Of a stretch of DNA of 64,000 nt, positions 61,879 through 64,000 are shown piece by piece (the first letter of the stretch is position 1; each line of letters opens with the position of its first letter). This stretch comes from Desulfatiglandales bacterium. Its GTDB lineage: Bacteria; Desulfobacterota; DSM-4660; Desulfatiglandales; Desulfatiglandaceae. Below the pieces are notes generated by a model, which was given only the letters and a program-made list of their open reading frames with translations, was not told where the DNA came from and ran no database searches. Location of the stretch: assembly GCA_963662465.1 (NCBI GenBank), contig OY759599.1, forward strand, positions 2,496,001 through 2,560,000. The letters are read 5' to 3'. The translations under genes and the position numbers were made by a program.

Positions 61879-63108
61879 TCACCTCAGAAAATCCATCAGA
61901 CTTTTGTCAAACAGGCTGGCGGATGCAGCCAACGCCGCCTCATAGGCCGTTTGCTGGGTCTGAAGTTCAACAATGGCTTCCGCAAGGTCCGCATCCTCCG
62001 TTTTGGAACGCATGCTTTCGACTGATAATTTGAACCGGCCCCAATAATTTTCGGTGGATTCGAGCCGGGTATAGGCAACTGAAAGGTTCACTGTGGCTTC
62101 TTGCACCTGCTCAAACCCTTTGATGAGGCCATCCTTCAGCTCCGACACCCGATCTGAATCATAAGTGGGCGATTCGAGGGCATCCTTCAATGCTTTCAGG
62201 GTATCAAATACGTTGGTTCCATCCGCCGCACCAGCGCCTGTAAAAACGTCTTCGCCCGTGGCATTGCCTTTTATCTTAAGGGTATTTGAAACCATAAAAT
62301 TCAAATCGCCGTCATCACCGTTATATTTTGCGGTATGCATCGTAAATCCGGTGTCGATTTCAGCAATCTCGGGAGAGGTCCCGTCGGCTGCCGATTCGAT
62401 TTGCAATCGCGATGCATCGTCCGCCGTGACCGAGGAAGCAAAAATCGACCCCGCCTGATCTTCTATGGCGTCCGCTGTTGCAGTCGCAACGTCAGACGCA
62501 TTACCACCGCCACTCACATCCACCCTAATGCCGGTCTTATCCGATAAATGGGTCGCGGCAAGGCCCGGATCAGCACTCCCTCCAACATCGTACCACACAT
62601 AATAATCGGAACCCAGGGTGAAATACTCACCCCCGCTTAATTCCGAAGCAGCCGTGCAGGTCACTTCCGCACAAGCGGTAAAAGGCTCCGTATCGTTTTG
62701 ATGCCCCGCAAAAATAAAATCGTTTCCTAATTTGGTATTGGCAATCTCCATCATACGGTCATAAATGGATTGAATGTCATCAGCCGTTTTCCGCCGATCG
62801 CTTTCCTCGACATTTGATTGATCTATGATAATGTTCTTTGCTGTTTGAAGCTGATCACAAACCTCCTCCAATTGCATTTCAGAATACTCGATACCGATCT
62901 TTGCCTGATCGATATTCCGGCTATACTGCTCGATGGAAGAAAGCGTTGTCCGATAACCCAAAATCCTGCCCATGGCCGCGGGGTCGTCGGAAGGCCGGTT
63001 CACCGACTTCCGGGTCGCCACTTTCTCCTGAGCTTTGAGAAGTTTCGTGGTGTTATCCCCAAGGCTTTGTCTGACGATATTTGACAATTGCCTGTTGGTG
63101 ACTCGCAT
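61879..63108 (-). CDS. flgL: Flagellar hook-associated protein 3
   Basis: MRVTN, VNRPSDDP, FIFAG, EDADLAEAI...YEAAL...SLMDFLR. Confidence 0.95.
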   Translation of the reverse strand: MRVTNRQLSNIVRQSLGDNTTKLLKAQEKVATRKSVNRPSDDPAAMGRILGYRTTLSSIEQYSRNIDQAKIGIEYSEMQLEEVCDQLQTAKNIIIDQSNVEESDRRKTADDIQSIYDRMMEIANTKLGNDFIFAGHQNDTEPFTACAEVTCTAASELSGGEYFTLGSDYYVWYDVGGSADPGLAATHLSDKTGIRVDVSGGGNASDVATATADAIEDQAGSIFASSVTADDASRLQIESAADGTSPEIAEIDTGFTMHTAKYNGDDGDLNFMVSNTLKIKGNATGEDVFTGAGAADGTNVFDTLKALKDALESPTYDSDRVSELKDGLIKGFEQVQEATVNLSVAYTRLESTENYWGRFKLSVESMRSKTEDADLAEAIVELQTQQTAYEAALAASASLFDKSLMDFLR

Positions 63109-63141
63109 GAGATTCCTCCTTAGGTCTTGGGACAGCCTTCC

Positions 63142-64000
63142 TTAGAGCGTATTGATCAAAGTGGACAACAACTCATCCGCTACGCTGATCAGCTTGGCCG
63201 CGGATTCATAAGCGCGCTGATATTGAATCAGATTTACCATTTCCTCATCGAGAGATACACCCGAGATGGACTCCCTGTAATTGTCCAGATAGGTGGCCAT
63301 CTCAGATTGGCTCTCAAAACGGACATCCGCCTGCTGCACGTCCGCGCCCACATGACTGACAATGGCATCGTAATAATCATCGAAAGTCGTGTCGGCATCC
63401 CCAATAGAAACGGTGGTAGTCTGTAAATCCGCTATGGCCAGCGCATTGCTGTTATCCCCCGGCAGGCCATCCACGGTTTGTGCGGCGGCAATTCGGTCTG
63501 AATCCTCCGCGATACTCGAATTGACTGAAAAATCGCCCCCTGCCAAACTTCCGGTAAAGAAATTTTTTCCCGTGGACCCGTCAAGCCCGAACCCGCCGGC
63601 GTGAAGGGTATTGACCTGGGTCTTTATGGCCTCGGTCAAATCTTCCAGACTGCTCATGTACCCCGGGATGATGACATCTCTTGTTTCCATCAACCCTTTA
63701 AGCTTACCACTGGAAATGCTGTCATTTATGCTTCGAGTGGGCAAAGAGGCCCAGCAGACATCCTTATGACCAGCGTCATTGACCAGGGTCGCCAGTTTCG
63801 AGGACCTGGATCCATCCACCAGATTTCTGCCGTCCCCCAGTTTAATGGTGATGCTGCCGTCTTTCTGTTCAAAAGTGGTCGTATCGATCAGCGAAGAGAG
63901 TTCTTTCAATGCCATATCCCGCGCATCCCTGTAATCGTTCGCATGGTCGCCCGAGGCTTCCACCTCAACGATTTTCTGGTTGTAATCCGCGATTTTGGCC
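63142..64000 (-). CDS. flgK: Flagellar hook-associated protein 1 (5' end outside window)
   Basis: GDNSNALAIA, SISGVSLDEEMVNLIQYQRAYESAAK. Confidence 0.95.
   Translation of the reverse strand, partial: AKIADYNQKIVEVEASGDHANDYRDARDMALKELSSLIDTTTFEQKDGSITIKLGDGRNLVDGSRSSKLATLVNDAGHKDVCWASLPTRSINDSISSGKLKGLMETRDVIIPGYMSSLEDLTEAIKTQVNTLHAGGFGLDGSTGKNFFTGSLAGGDFSVNSSIAEDSDRIAAAQTVDGLPGDNSNALAIADLQTTTVSIGDADTTFDDYYDAIVSHVGADVQQADVRFESQSEMATYLDNYRESISGVSLDEEMVNLIQYQRAYESAAKLISVADELLSTLINTL

Noticed and set aside
1..64000. tRNA, rRNA or riboswitch
   Set aside because: None recognised by eye; a covariance-model scan would be needed to exclude them

Overview
Bacterial chromosome segment, probably Desulfobacterota/deltaproteobacterial (inferred from gene content and repeat style, not proven). 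It is a flagellar region with a large, unstable flagellin-glycosylation island. The right end (55.3-64 kb) is ordinary: cheX-like gene, response regulator, diguanylate cyclase, flgL and partial flgK. The centre (17-48 kb) holds flagellin-flbT-flaF among TPR-glycosyltransferase fusions, a methyltransferase and a sulfotransferase/pyruvyltransferase fusion. Intact and decayed copies of two AAA-ATPase families are interleaved with these genes. The left end contains a four-level IS nest (4654-16395) that can be reconstructed from terminal inverted repeats and target duplications. It includes an IS91-family rolling-circle element whose ori-like end lies upstream of the transposase and which carries about 559 bp of foreign DNA beyond its ter-like end. 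A shared set of short repeats and hairpins marks the boundaries of small toxin-antitoxin, nuclease and ATPase modules (2.5-4.6, 26.1-26.3, 51.2-55.0, 61.3 kb), suggesting a cassette-like system with no integrase in the window. Family assignments are from motif recognition by eye; no searches were run.
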